A stretch of DNA of 64,000 nt from Magallana gigas. Lineage: Eukaryota. This document shows positions 1-13,000 of the stretch, in pieces. The DNA lies in the NCBI RefSeq assembly GCF_963853765.1, contig NC_088862.1, positions 28,210,001 to 28,274,000 on the forward strand. Direction: 5' to 3'. Made by a program: the position numbers and the translations under genes. The first letter of the stretch is position 1. Each line of letters starts with the position of its first letter. The notes under the pieces were generated by a model, which saw only the letters and a list, made by a program, of their open reading frames with translations, searched no databases and had not been told where the DNA came from.

Positions 1-733
1 AAAAATGAAGAGCCGTTGGAATGTTTCTGTCTAGATATTTATTACCACAGGTTCTACTCACTGTCAATCTACTGTTCAGTTAGGCTACAGTTAGACCATT
101 ATATTGTTTAAATATTAGCAATCCAAAAGAACCGTTATTTTGTTATTTTAAAATAATTTGTCAATGCTATAAGTGTATCTTCATTTCCATTAACAACCAA
201 TAAGAATTCCAAAGCTGTAGGAGAAACTAAACAAAACCAGAAGTGTTTAATAATCTTATGTCGCTACCATAGTTCAAGACTGTAACATCGTTCTTAACCA
301 CTTGATAGTTGGACGGAAATCAGGCACTCTAGCGGCAAGACAAACGAATATGTTTATTTCATTTAACCAAAACGTTGTATTAGTCGAACGCTTAGACGTT
401 TGGTTCGGTGTATATGCCGTATTTTCTTTAGTTTAACAATTTGATCAATTGTGATGATTTATTTTACATTGTAAAAATAATCAAATCAGTGATAACACCG
501 AGCGTTTCGTTACTTGAAAGTAATAGTCTTTGCACTCAATGTACATTGTATTGTCCTCTAATAACTTTTAACCAGGATTTAATATTCTAGAAATATTAAC
601 AATATACATACAGGTATATTCGGTCTTATAAATGCTTAATAAATTTCAAATGCTCATTATTCAAGATTTATACTTAAAAATATCAATTAACTCATTCAAA
701 ACAACCATGTTGATTGTTATTCATTCATTACAG

Positions 734-918
734 GTTCTCCCAGTGCCGGAGTAGAAAATGCGACAATTTTCTACTCCCCCAAAAAGACACAATCTAAAAT
801 GAGATCCACTTTAATGTTTGTTATAATGGGATTAACAGGTTTATTTTTAATCGTAATTATAATGTATATTTTCACAGGGTTGTTAGAAAAATTTCTTGTG
901 AACACAAACACAGTTTAA
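734..918 (+). CDS. Last coding exon (stalk, TM helix, short tail) of small EGF-domain membrane protein, tandem copy A; upstream exons mostly outside window
   Basis: Acceptor cattacag at 733; phase-1 open frame GSPSAGVENATIFYSPKKTQSKMRSTLMFVIMGLTGLFLIVIIMYIFTGLLEKFLVNTNTV*, which parallels the terminal exon of copy C (22360-22553). A possible preceding exon starts at 51 but its donor is uncertain. Confidence 0.7.
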
Positions 919-1760
919 AAAATAAAAACAATAACTTATTCATTTGCATTTTGAAGTCAAAATTGTACATATATGGAATAACCAGATTATGTTTATATTT
1001 AAAGATAATATACAAGTAATTGTTTTTCAATAAAACACTAATCAACATAAATATGCACTAATATATTTTCATACAGGTGTTTTTAGTTTACAAAGAAATC
1101 CCAATTATTTCCCATAATTCAACAAGTTTACTAACAACTATTGTTGACATATTTATTGATATCAATTTGTTTTATTTCTTCCTTATATTCTATATTTTGC
1201 AGTTGTTTTCAATAATTAAAATGTTAGCAAAACCGGTTGTCTTTAATTTTGTATGTATTGTTTAAGAACCAAAGCAAAACATTTTAGAAGGACAAATGAT
1301 AACGTTTTATAAACTTTCCAAAATTGAACATTTCTCTTTACAGAAGCATTGAATAACTAAAAAAAAAAGGTTGATATACATGTACGTTTAATTAACAATG
1401 CACTCTTAAAACTGTTATAATGATTTGTTTGCTATTGGACATCATCGCGTATAATTTGATTGTTTTTAAGTTAAGCTAACTACTTACTTACAAGTATGTA
1501 CATAATACTTGAGATCAAGTTTTAGTGAAAGAAATAGTAAAAGAAAAAATTGGATGTGCATCCTTTAATGATGCTTTTCGACAATAGCTTAAAAAAACGT
1601 GTATATTATGGCGTTTTTATGATAAACTTGAGGAAAACCATGCTTGAAACTGTCAATAACTTTGAGGATTGAAAAAAGCTAGGAACTTAGGAATTCTTTT
1701 CAATTTATAACAATATGTCAATTGCTCTGTAAAATTGGCAAAACAAATTCTTCCAGCTCT

Positions 1761-2253
1761 TCAAGGCATGGTCTCAATTTTGGTCAATTTTTTTTCTATT
1801 CTTATTGTTTACGATACTTTAGCAATGTATTTCTAATGATCAATCAAAAGTTGAGTGTCAGTCGTTAAGTTATTAGCAAGATACAAAACTACAATTCTTT
1901 ATTATGTAAACAAGGTTCTTGCTATGTTTTTGGTTACATTGGTGGTACAATGTACCGGTTAATTCTCTACTTCAAGCTGATTTGTTCCATCTACTTGTAT
2001 GTTCGGAACATAGATCCTTGCGTTTGTCACATTCATTTTAGGTCTAAATCTCGAATTTTCTGATCAGCATTCGAAATGTAAACAAAAATATTGTTTACAA
2101 AACAAAAAAATGCGAGTTCTGTATTTTGCTAATATCTAGACTATTGACGTTCCATTTCTAGTGGATTAATATAAATGCCTTACTGAAGCATCATAAACTT
2201 TTAAAAACAAAAATGAATAATTTTTGAAAAATATTGCGACCATGCCCCTTTAA
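1761..2253. mobile_element. Degenerate non-autonomous TIR DNA transposon (TTAA-ended, Kolobok-like), same family as 37910-38410
   Basis: Left ggcatggtctcaattttggtcaa, right gcgaccatgcccctttaa; internal motifs (ttgagtgtca, tatgtaaacaa) shared with the 37910 copy. Confidence 0.6.
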
Positions 2254-3756
2254 AATGTTATTAAGTCAAGTATAGGTTAAGGTTACTTTTTAAAGGATTT
2301 CAAATGCAGATGTTGTTTTTCTATCTCAGTCATAAAGTACAGGGGTTAAGATGTCAATTTAATTATGGAGTCATAACGGTTCTTGTAATTGAACACATTA
2401 TCATTGTTATTGTTATTCAAGCAAATATTTTTGACTGTTAATGGAAGTTTATCAAGATTTTCAATGAGGACATTTTTGTCATTTGTGAAGTCGAAAATGT
2501 TATGTCTGTGTATCGTTCCCACATGATAAAAAGTTCTAAAACTATAAACCATCACATTTTCTAGATAAAACATTTTTTTTTTTGCTTTTCATTAAAACTA
2601 TAATGGTTTGTTTTGCTCGATGTTGCATCAAGCAAATGCCCAACTTTACTTATGTATTATAATGCGGCATTTTTAACAGATATTTTCCGGTTCATCTGTC
2701 TAATGATTAGCTTTTGCAAAAACGGAAATAATATCGTATATCATTGAAATATTGTATGGCAATGTAATACATATAGTAGTTCATTGCTAGCTACACGGTG
2801 ATATCTTTAATTAAGTAATTAGAATCAGTCAAATTAAAAATCCATTTACAAAGAACACCGGTTTTGTTCATATATAGCAATTCACATTCACTGGAGAATA
2901 TGATAACCTGTAGATATTGCTTCAAAGTGTTTGCAACTGTATCTGTGTAAACCTGTGATGGATAATAATCAAACATAATGTTTGATTACCGTTTCGGATT
3001 TTGATTCACCCAATTATATAATTTCAATGTTATGTAGAACAGATGGAAAATTAATAGCGAGCGCAGCTCGCCGGCGTACAGCACCGGCGAGCGAAGCGAG
3101 CTATAAGAACCAGTGTGCGCGGGAAAAAGAACGAGCTAAACCTACAGTTCATCAAACAAAATTTTTTGTCTACGTCCCAAAATGCTCTCTAATGTTTTCA
3201 CCCGTGGTGCTATGCCAAAAATAGCCGACCTTTAACTCGTAATTAACGGTGTCTTAAAGTTTGAAGACACGTTTTGAGTACCGCATATGCTTTGGCGAGA
3301 CTCAACAGATGTTACATGCTTCCATACCTTCGTATTGAGTCGAGAAACGTAAACAAAGTCATGGATGACGTCACAGTGCTCTCGCGCTATATTTCGAGCG
3401 ATAAATTTAGAGGTGGATCAAACATCTGTAATGAGTGTACTAGCTATTTCAGTATAGACCGCGATACCTGCGGCATTGACATATGATTTGTTTTTATTTT
3501 TTTTATATAGAGATTATATAAATATATACTAGCAAGTGCAATACTTTACTGTACTATCGATCCATTTTTAAGCTAATTGTGCATGCATGTACAGTAGGCA
3601 GATAAGTATATGAGTAGGAATGAAATAAACAATAGTACATTTTGAACTAAATAAAAAGGAATAAAATGAAAAAATAAACAGTTAAAGAATGTATGTAGAT
3701 ATTGCTTATAGTCAAACCATTAAATTTGAAAGTGGGAAATTACACCAACAGGGACC

Positions 3757-3760
<4 letters not shown>

Positions 3761-3810
<50 letters not shown>
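3761..3810. repeat. (CT)25 microsatellite
   Basis: Direct reading. Confidence 0.95.
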
Positions 3811-3812
<2 letters not shown>

Positions 3813-4151
3813 GTAGGGGGTTGCGCTGTATGTATCATAACCATTACAATTAGTACCTTTGGCATACTTATTGAACAGCAATACTCTCTGAAACATTCTT
3901 TGACATTCGTTGATACCTAAATAACACTAGGTTGACAATGATGCAAGGTATTCGTAATTCTTGTTGCGCTCGCCGGAACGGTAGCACCGTAAAACATTAT
4001 ATATGCGGGACCCTGTATAAAATAATTGTCTATGTATTTTCATAGTTTTTTGGGTGTCGGCAATAATTGTAATGTATAAATAATTATTTGGTGTTTGAGC
4101 AATTTTCCCATCATTAAAAATTTAATAAGACAATAAACAATATATTTATAG

Positions 4152-4880
4152 CGTATGAAAATGGATATCATGGACAAAATTGTAAATCCACGTGTCCAAT
4201 ACCTGGTTATGGATATTACTTGCTGTGTATGATTGTAATGTTACATACTGTCATCATATCAATACCTGTAAACAATCTTCAGGGTGTAATGATTCTTATT
4301 TATCATACACAAGAGGTTTTCAGATGGCAGAACCTCTGTGCAAGACGATTCGGGAAGAGAAAGAAAGATTCCAAAGCGTCATTGAGAGAGAATCACGTCA
4401 AACAATATCGGAAATATCTGCAACCGTCGCGTTAAGCACATTGTTAGAAACCCACGGTCGATTTTAACTGATCATATGAACACTGACAGAGTCTCGGCAA
4501 AGTAGATTTCTAGATTGTTGTATTAAAATGATAACATCAAGCGTATTCCATTAAGAATGATATTTTTTAGATGCAAAAGCACGTGATGTATATGTTGTTA
4601 TCAACAGATTCATTACGAATAGTGGAAGGTGTCTTTTCCAATGCGACAGCATTAAACATTAAACAGTTATCGTCTGCGTGGAAAAGACCTTCATCTTCTC
4701 CTCCGCTATAAGCCAAATTTACCAGTCATATATGAATGTTTTCGAAAATATTCAGAGTATTCTGCTAGTTCATACTGTTTTACCCACACAAGCAGTCAAC
4801 GAAGATTGCTGTTCGTAGAAAATAAATTATGAACATGATTATGAGCACCATACACATGTACCATTATATATGAATGCAAG
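4152..4880 (+). pseudogene. Decayed MEGF/SCARF-like EGF receptor fragment
   Basis: After tttatag: YENGYHGQNCKSTCPIPGYG, then a frameshift to CDCNVTYCHHINTC, homologous to EGF exons at 5957 and 21494, with the first Cys changed to Tyr. Downstream remnants (EHDYEHHTHVPLYMNA) resemble a cytoplasmic tail and are interrupted by stops. Confidence 0.5.
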
Positions 4881-6195
4881 GTAAGCAAGATTAAGGTATA
4901 TGTGTGGTGACTTTTAAGTTTTTATAGAAATGACTGTTTTAAGAAAGTCGCCCGCGAGTCTGAAGTGTAATGCTTCTATTGCTATTGTTAAGGTTAGCAG
5001 ACGAAGTATCGAACAAACTGTGCGAAAAAAGCAATCCGGCCACTTAGATAACGACACATAGGACTCAAACTACAACGAGTTATTTGATAAACAAACTTAA
5101 ATTGGCTACGATAAAGTTGCAACATCAACATAGATCTCTCGATCTGTACCATTCATCCACCATTCTCAGTATATTCAGTCTCCTCTTAACATATAATATA
5201 GTTTAATTTTATATTTTTAAATATATTTATTGAATGTATTATACTTATTTATTGTTCAGAGATTGGAGGATATGTTTTCTGTTACAATATATAACATGGT
5301 TCATGATACATTTCTAATGAATCAACACAATGTGCTTTTTTAATATTTTTTTGTATTATTTACCAGTACATCTGTCACTTAAATAACTCCAACAGGAAAG
5401 AATTTTTTTTTCAAATGTCATAGGAAGAGAAAGCAATATTGAATTCATTTTGGATTTCATTGCGTACATCTCCAATAAAGCCGGGAACATATATCATAAC
5501 AAGAGACAAGGATATCGAGCATGTTGAATTGAGAACTAATACATGTATATGTCTTCAAAACTGATATATCATTGAACATATATTACAATTCAGATGGATT
5601 GGAAATTAGATGACTTTGTTTATAACTATTTTTATGCTGGTTCAATTGTCTTTGAATGTATCAATGCAAAACTGTACTGGGTGAGTAAAATAATTTTCTT
5701 AAAATGATTGTTTTGAAAATAATTTTTGCCAGCACTCATGTGTTGTTTAAATCCTATTTCATGTAGAAAAGATGGAACATATTGCTGTTATGGATACAAG
5801 TGGGATCTTGCACATGATAAATGTATACGTATGTATGATTTCATCATATACCTGCAGTGACTGGAGGACATTAGATTTTATTATAATTTGATAAACGTAT
5901 TTTATAGAATTTGAAGATTATCTTAAATTCATTAGATTTTTAAAAAAATTATCTAGCATGTGAAGATGGATTTTTTGGAAACAACTGTGCATTCAAGTGT
6001 CCATATCCCAGGTTTGGAAAGGAGTGTCAGTCTTTGTGCCTCTGTGAATTTCAAAACTGTGATCATGCCAATGGATGTATACAGCCCTCAAAAAGTAAGA
6101 TCCCTTAGTTATATATTATCAGTAAAAACGACAAGCTATCGTTGAAGTTCATTTCTATTCTTTTACAAATAAGGTCGATCAATATTCGAAGAAAA

Positions 6196-6200
6196 GAGAG
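6196..6200. repeat. Target-site duplication GAGAG (partner 17443-17447)
   Basis: Identical 5-mer immediately outside both LTR termini. Confidence 0.93.
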
Positions 6201-7863
6201 TGTAACGTAGCAGTACCGGGTGTATTTATAATTGGATTAAATAACGACCAAATAACTCAACCATTCGCAGAATAAGATATAAGACCTTTGTAAAGTTAAA
6301 CGAACAATTTTATTAACGATTTCAACAAATGACAATTTATATTAAAGAATAAATATGCAGCTTACACTCATCGTACACACATGAATAAATAATGAATAAT
6401 AATAATAAAAAATTAATAGAGTCGCTGAATACACTCAAAAAAATCCCTTAAAACAGACTACGAATTTTGAATAAAAATCCCAACCCGAAAAATATATTAT
6501 TTTAATTAATGACGCATATTAATAGGGGACAAGTCATAGTTATATATAACTTGAGACTTGTTAAACCTAACAACAAGTTGTGCTGTATGAAATTTACAGG
6601 CTTGACTTGTTTAAGAAAAATGCAAAGGGACCGTAAATTTCAGGTATAATTTTAGTACGAATATTAATCTTAAAATTTCAATGAAAAAATTACGTTTAAA
6701 AAGCGTTAAAAAAATCCAAATAATAAATGAGACCTTTCGTTGAATCTCTCAACTATCGGACTCAAAATGAGAGAAAGAGTACAAACTTGTAGCATAGCTA
6801 CGCTGCTTGTATGAACTAAAAATTAAAATAAAATTGAAGAGAAAATTTAAATAAATATAAAATACAATTAGGCCTATCTAGAGAGAAAAGAACTATAAAG
6901 TCTATAGACTAAAGTTCTTTCAATATACCGTAAAGGACTATATTTTGTCCTATAAACGGTTAATTCCTATCAAAATAATAAATAAAATATTTTAAGACTT
7001 CAAATAAAAGATAGTGTAAAATAAAATAAAATAAATAAATAAAAAAATCGGAAAAAACCCTACGTGACCTACCAGGCCAAAAAGTTGCAGGCGACTCTCG
7101 TGAAATCTCAGCGTCTCCGTTTATATATTAACCAATCACAGAAAACAACAGATAATACATGAAAATATCGAATATTAACAGATTGATCAGTAATATAATA
7201 TTATTGGTTTACATGTAAAATCCTACAATTTCATTGGTTAATTCACACGATCACGCATATTACTTATGACAATAATTATCAATTATTCTGAGGCATACAA
7301 AAACAATGGAAAACACATGTTTTGAATAACAAACACATACATATAGATATACACTCATAAAATCGATGTAATTAACATTTTTCATTAATAAAGGTTGCGA
7401 GAAATAGTACATATTCATAAATGCGCGCCGCGGAACTTTAACTAAATTTATCGACTATACCGTTTTCATCTTCAACCGGAAATGAACATGCGGGAAGGAA
7501 AACAATGTGCTCTTCACATATACAGTGATATACACTCAAAAATAGTGCAATCAATTAATAAGACAACCATGAAAAGAAAATAGGTATGTTCACAAAATGA
7601 ATTATCACAATGATGCTTGATGACAGTACATGTATGTTATGATACACGTTTATGCATTCAACTCGAATTTTCTCTGCACATTCAACAAAGTATATATTCA
7701 CTTGTATATTACTATACATGTGTACACTCTCATTTAATACAAATGCACAATACATATTTAACAATCTTCTCTATATTCTGCGAATAGTTTAGTCACAACA
7801 ATACAAACATTCAACACAAAAATATAATGCAAAGAAAAGGGGGGGGGGTACTCATATACTACA
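6201..7863 (-). repeat. 3' LTR (1663 bp)
   Basis: Direct repeat of 15781-17442; PPT abuts at 7864. Confidence 0.97.
6309..6314 (-). terminator. Candidate polyadenylation signal AATAAA in 3' LTR
   Basis: tttatt on + strand, about 110 nt before the LTR end in element orientation; the LTR is AT-rich so chance occurrence is possible. Confidence 0.4.
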
Positions 7864-7876
7864 CTGCCCCCTCTTT
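7864..7876 (-). promoter_or_regulatory. Polypurine tract (PPT)
   Basis: AAAGAGGGGGCAG directly before the TG of the 3' LTR. Confidence 0.85.
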
Positions 7877-8864
7877 AAATGTTCATGTCCCCATGAACAA
7901 TATCAATCTAAAAACACAGAAAACATAGACAAGAACATCATATGCATACCATCTTAAACAGTTTTACACCCACACAAAAATATTACACATAAACATAAGA
8001 TAAAAATATGTCATACACACAACTTTCATTCAACTAAATATAAAATCCCATTAATAAAAAAAAATGTAACATCTCACATGTACCATGACAACTTCACAAA
8101 ATAATAAACAAGACAAGGACAATAAAATGGTGATGCTTGTACTGATTTACATCAAATAAAATGCTCAAAAATTCTGTACCAACAGCAACAAAAGCCATAC
8201 CCATGGTAACAAAAATACATAACCATGCTAACAAAGGAAATTTCATGTCTCTAAAGAGGTTCTGTATTATGCCAAAGAAAAACTATATACAATAAGCAAA
8301 GAACCTTCGGTGATCAATCGTCATTGATAACACCTAAAATTGCGGAGCCAATCGTCACTGTACTACCGACTTAAGTATACCTAATTTTTAAGGACAAAAT
8401 AGTAAACCTATCATTCGCTACTGAACATCTATATAGCTGAAATATTCTTCTTAATTCAAAATGATTAGACAAATATAAACGAATCAATTAAAATCAATTA
8501 CTATAGATGTGTCATATTCATAGGTATCTTCTTCAAACATTTCTATCTACTATGAAAGTGATAGACATAATACTATAATATCACTGTACAGGAAAATCTA
8601 GCTCACAATGTCAGCTGTAATGTCATACAAGAATAATAAGATACATCTAGTTCTCATTTTAGGAACAACAGAAACTGGCAAGATAATTGGATATGGCACA
8701 AGAACATGATACAATATATATATAAGTAAACAATGATACACTGTGCTATGAAAAGTCCATCTTTCACTATCAGTGGACAATTTATGGTATATACATACAT
8801 ATTAAAATCCAACCCCCATCCCCAACTACAACCTATACTTTACCCTTAAATTTCTATATACATA

Positions 8865-9803
8865 CTAAGTACTTTTCTTAACGACTGACTTCATCTTCTT
8901 TGGAGGGGGTGATGGGGACCTTGACCGGGACCGGCTTCTTTCTCTCGTGAATAATGTCCTAGATCTTTTCCATCTGTCATCTCTTTGGATATCCCTATTC
9001 CTGGGGGGCATTAGTCGGTGGGGTCGTACGACAACTCGTGGGCGGTAGAAATGATTAGTTGGCCTTCGTGGGGATCTCCTCTGGTTTCTGCTGATAACTG
9101 GGGTTGGAGGCCTGTCGGGCAAAGGAGTTAACCCGCGCTGTGGACCACTGTTGTAGAAATACCCTGTAAGTGTCTTGTTGAGCTCTTGAATGGCCTTGGT
9201 CTGCTCTTGCAGGGCACGCACCTGTCTCTCTCCCTGTTTCCTGATTTCCTCTTTAATCTGTTCGAATACTGTTGTGGGTGTGTCTTCCTTCTCTGGCTTA
9301 TCTATTTCTACACTTTCTCCAACTCCTAGAAGATCTGGTAGGATATCCTCAAAGGGTGGTACATCACCAAGAGATTCCGGTGTCACAATGCCGGTACTCT
9401 CTGTTGACTCAATGTTTAGAGTATTGGGAAGACTGGCAGCCACTTCTAATAAATTCTGGAGGCTCTTTTCGTCATTCTTCTTCTGTTGGTTCATCCAGTG
9501 TGCTAATGATGAAGGTTGATCCCAACGTTTAAGGTGGTCATCCTTCCATACAAATGGATCAGCGGCTCTGACAATATCCACAGGCAGATCTGTGTTCTTG
9601 TGCGGTCCATACCATTTCCCATGGTTTTCAACATCTTTCAAGGTAAGAGACATATAGTCACATTTACTACATGAAAATGGGACCTGGTCTCTGGTTACAT
9701 GTGTTTTTAAATAATGTTTTATGGCATATTTCTTGATTTGTTTATAGTCACAAATGCTGCACTGGAAAACCCTTCCTTTCTTCTCTGCCTTGGAAATATC
9801 CAT
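8865..9803 (-). CDS. Retrotransposon ORF3: two C2H2-like zinc fingers, coiled coil, Pro/Arg-rich region and RS-rich tail (312 aa)
   Basis: Intact ORF co-oriented with gag-pol; C-x2-C-x11-H-x4-H and C-x2-C-x12-H-x6-H; QIKEEIRKQGERQVRALQEQTKAIQELNKTL; RERSRSRSRSPSPPPKKMK; ACCATGG start preceded by tttacag acceptor. Confidence 0.85.
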   Translation of the reverse strand: MDISKAEKKGRVFQCSICDYKQIKKYAIKHYLKTHVTRDQVPFSCSKCDYMSLTLKDVENHGKWYGPHKNTDLPVDIVRAADPFVWKDDHLKRWDQPSSLAHWMNQQKKNDEKSLQNLLEVAASLPNTLNIESTESTGIVTPESLGDVPPFEDILPDLLGVGESVEIDKPEKEDTPTTVFEQIKEEIRKQGERQVRALQEQTKAIQELNKTLTGYFYNSGPQRGLTPLPDRPPTPVISRNQRRSPRRPTNHFYRPRVVVRPHRLMPPRNRDIQRDDRWKRSRTLFTRERSRSRSRSPSPPPKKMKSVVKKST

Positions 9804-10008
9804 GGTTTTCTGTAAATTTTACAGATAGTAATTAAAGGTAAGTATAAATATACTTATATATATAAATATCATAAATCCAGCCCCAATGTTCTTATACACC
9901 CATAGTTGTAGTCTGTTTTATGTAACAATATGTCATTGTACATATATAGTATATAGTTCATAGAATGTTATACATCATGTACATAATATTTTGTCTTTAA
10001 AATTAAGT

Positions 10009-13000
10009 TTAAGTAAACTTCTGAAATTTCTTCAAAGCAGTTTTCATCCACGCCAATTTGTTTCCTTGATATGGCTTAATTTTGTCATGGTGAACTATTC
10101 TTTGTGTTCCCTTTTCATCTATTTGAACTCTGTATAATATATCATTCAACTTTTGTAGGATGAGGAATGGTCCATGGTATTTCAACAGTAGTTTCCTGCT
10201 TTCCATCTCAAGTTGGGGCTGCTCATGTAACATCAAAACAAGATCTCCTGGACTATACAGGTTTAAGGACATTTTTGTATCATATCTATCTTTCTGTACT
10301 TTTGCTGCCGTTTGTAGTTTTCTTCTGACAATTATATGGGCTTCATACAAATTATCACGTAAATTGTTGATATACTCTCCGTAAGAAGAGTTATCATCAT
10401 CTTCATTTGGACAGAATAAAATCTCCAGAGGTAGTTTTAATTCTCTACCTAACATTATAAAATTTTGGGAAAAATTTGTAGACTCCTGCGGCGTACATCT
10501 ATAGGCCATAGCTAAGCATCCCAAATTGAGGTTCCAATTGGTCTGTTTTCCTTTGATATAGGATTTAATCATGCTTACTAGTGTTCTGTTAAACCTTTCT
10601 ACCATCCCATTGGCTTTGGGATTCCTAGGGGTTGTTCTTGTCTTTTTAATTTCTAAAAGTTGACAAAGTTCTTTAAATATTTGGCTCTCAAAATTTCTGC
10701 CTTGGTCGCTATGTAAACTCAAGGGACATCCGAAACGAGCAATAAACTCATTTAAAATTTTATCTGCACAGGTAATGGCAGTTTGGTCAGGTACTGCTAA
10801 AATTTCGACCCATTTGGTGAAGTAGTCCATAACTACTAGAATGTATTTATTTCCTCGAGGTGTTCTTGGTAATGGTCCCAAAATATCTGTGGCTACTCTA
10901 TCTAATGGGGCGCCCACTCTCATATCTCCCAACGGTGCCTTGGGTGGCTTAACAGGAGGCTTATTCATTTGACAAATTTGGCATTTAGAGACCCATATTT
11001 TAATATCTTGTCTCATTTCAAACCAATAGAATTTTCTGCGTACTTTTGCAGTGGTTTTCTTATAACCAAGGTGACCAGAAATGACAGAATCATGCATTTG
11101 GTGTAAAACATCATCTTTTAAAACTCTTGGTAAAAGTATTTGTAGACTCTCAGAAGAATCATCTTTAGATAAGTTTTTCTTTTTTAATATACCATCTTCT
11201 AGTACAATAGAATCCCATATACAAAGATAATGTCTAGTAGCAGGACTTAAAGTCTGTATTTGATGAAAATCAGGTTTCTTCTGTTCTCTTTTAGCTTCAT
11301 GAAGAATTTTCAGATCCGGGTCATCTTTTTGTATCTGTTCCATATTGACGGGTATATAAATATCATTCCAAGTAGTTGCTTCTGCTTTTAGTTGATTTCT
11401 GGTGACTGCACGTATTTCTACGGTATTTTTGTTTTCTGGCCATCGTTTTCTCTCTGGAGTTTCTTCCATACGCTTAGTACATTTTTTACATGGTCCACAC
11501 TTTAATGGTTCTAGGCTATCAAAATTGGAACATTGACAATCTTTAGGATTAGGACATCGAGATAATGCATCCGCATTTCCGTGCTTATTTCCTTGGCGGT
11601 ATTCTATAGAAAAGTCATAGGACGAGAGTATTTCAATCCACCTTGCAATTCTGCCCTTGGGTTCCTTTATTTTAAATAACCAAACTAATGCCTGATGATC
11701 AGTTCGAATTTTAAATTTTCTTCCTAAAAGGTATTGTCGGAAATACTCTACAAAATATCGTACTGCCAGTAACTCTTTGTCTGTGACACAGTAATTTATT
11801 TCAGCTTTGTTTAATGCTCTGCTAGCATAAGCTATTACTTTTCCTTGACCATCCTGCACTTGGCTTAAAACAGCGCCAATACTATAGTTGCTGGCGTCAG
11901 TATCTAGTACAAATTCCCCTTCCATTATAGGAAAGCTCATAATTTCTGGTCCTGTTAGTAGCTCTTTAATTTTTTGAAATGCATCTTGACAATATGTAGT
12001 CCAATTAAAGGTGATGTCTTTCTTTGTCAAATTTACTAAAGGCCTTACAATACTGGCAAAATCTTTTATGAATTTTCTGTAGTATGAAGCCATGCCGATA
12101 ATCTGTCTCACTTCGGTCAGAGTTTTAGGAATAGGCCAATCTATGATCTTCGCAATGTTGTCAGGGTTTGGTGTAATACCATTTTTGTTAATGACATGTC
12201 CCAGGAAAGAGACTTCCTTTTGAAATAATTGGCATTTGTTAGGTTTCAGCTTTAGGCCAGCTTTTCTAATTCTTTCCAGTACTTCCTTTACTCTGTTCAA
12301 ATGTTCTTGAAAATTGGACCCAAATACAATGATATCATCAAGATAAATTAGGCAGGTCTGCCATTGTAGGCCATTCAAAATCATTTGAAGGGTACGTTGA
12401 AAAGTTTGTGCACTCCCCTTCATTCCCATGGGCATAGCAAGGAATTCCCACAATCCATATTTTGTAATAAAAGCAGTTTTTGGTATATCAGACTCTCGAA
12501 CAGGAACTTGGTGGTAACCAGATGTAAGGTCAAATGTAGAAAATATTGTCGCACCAGATACTGCATCTAAACAGTCTTGTATTCTTGGTAGAGGAAAAGC
12601 ATCATTTATTGTCACATCATTGACCCTTCTGTAGTCTACACATGGTCGGATTTTACCATTTTTCTTGAGTACCAAGTTAAGTGGGGATGCCCAAGGAGAA
12701 TTAGATTTTCTAATTATTCCTTGTTTTTCCATATCATTAATAGTCTGTAATTCTGCTTCAGCATATGCAATGGGGACTCGTCTTGGAGGAAGTTTTATAG
12801 GTTTTGCATCACCAGTATCTATGATATGCTCACTCACATGAGTTAAACCAAGATCTAGATCATTCTTTGAAAATGCATCTTGATATTCTAATAGCAAGTC
12901 AAGAAGCAATTTCTGAGAAGTCTGGTCAAAATTGTTGTCCTTTAATGAATTCTCATACATTTGCACTAAATGTTCAGGTATTTTAATGTTTTTTGTACTC

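Noticed and set aside
7555-7764. 69-aa ORF present in both LTRs (also 17135-17344)
   Set aside because: TTG start, low-complexity AT-rich U3; duplicated only because the LTR is.
7840-7876. Pairing of the PPT G run with the C run at the LTR start
   Set aside because: Homopolymer complementarity of only 5-6 bp; easily chance.
9190-9532. Two + strand ORFs (109 and 86 aa) antisense to ORF3
   Set aside because: Shadow frames of a GC-richer coding region; no motifs or splice support.
8865-9803. ORF3 as an envelope gene
   Set aside because: No signal peptide, furin site, fusion peptide or TM helix.
10009-10200. Chromodomain or Gmr1-type domain order
   Set aside because: Integrase ends shortly after the GPF module, and the order is RT-RH-IN.
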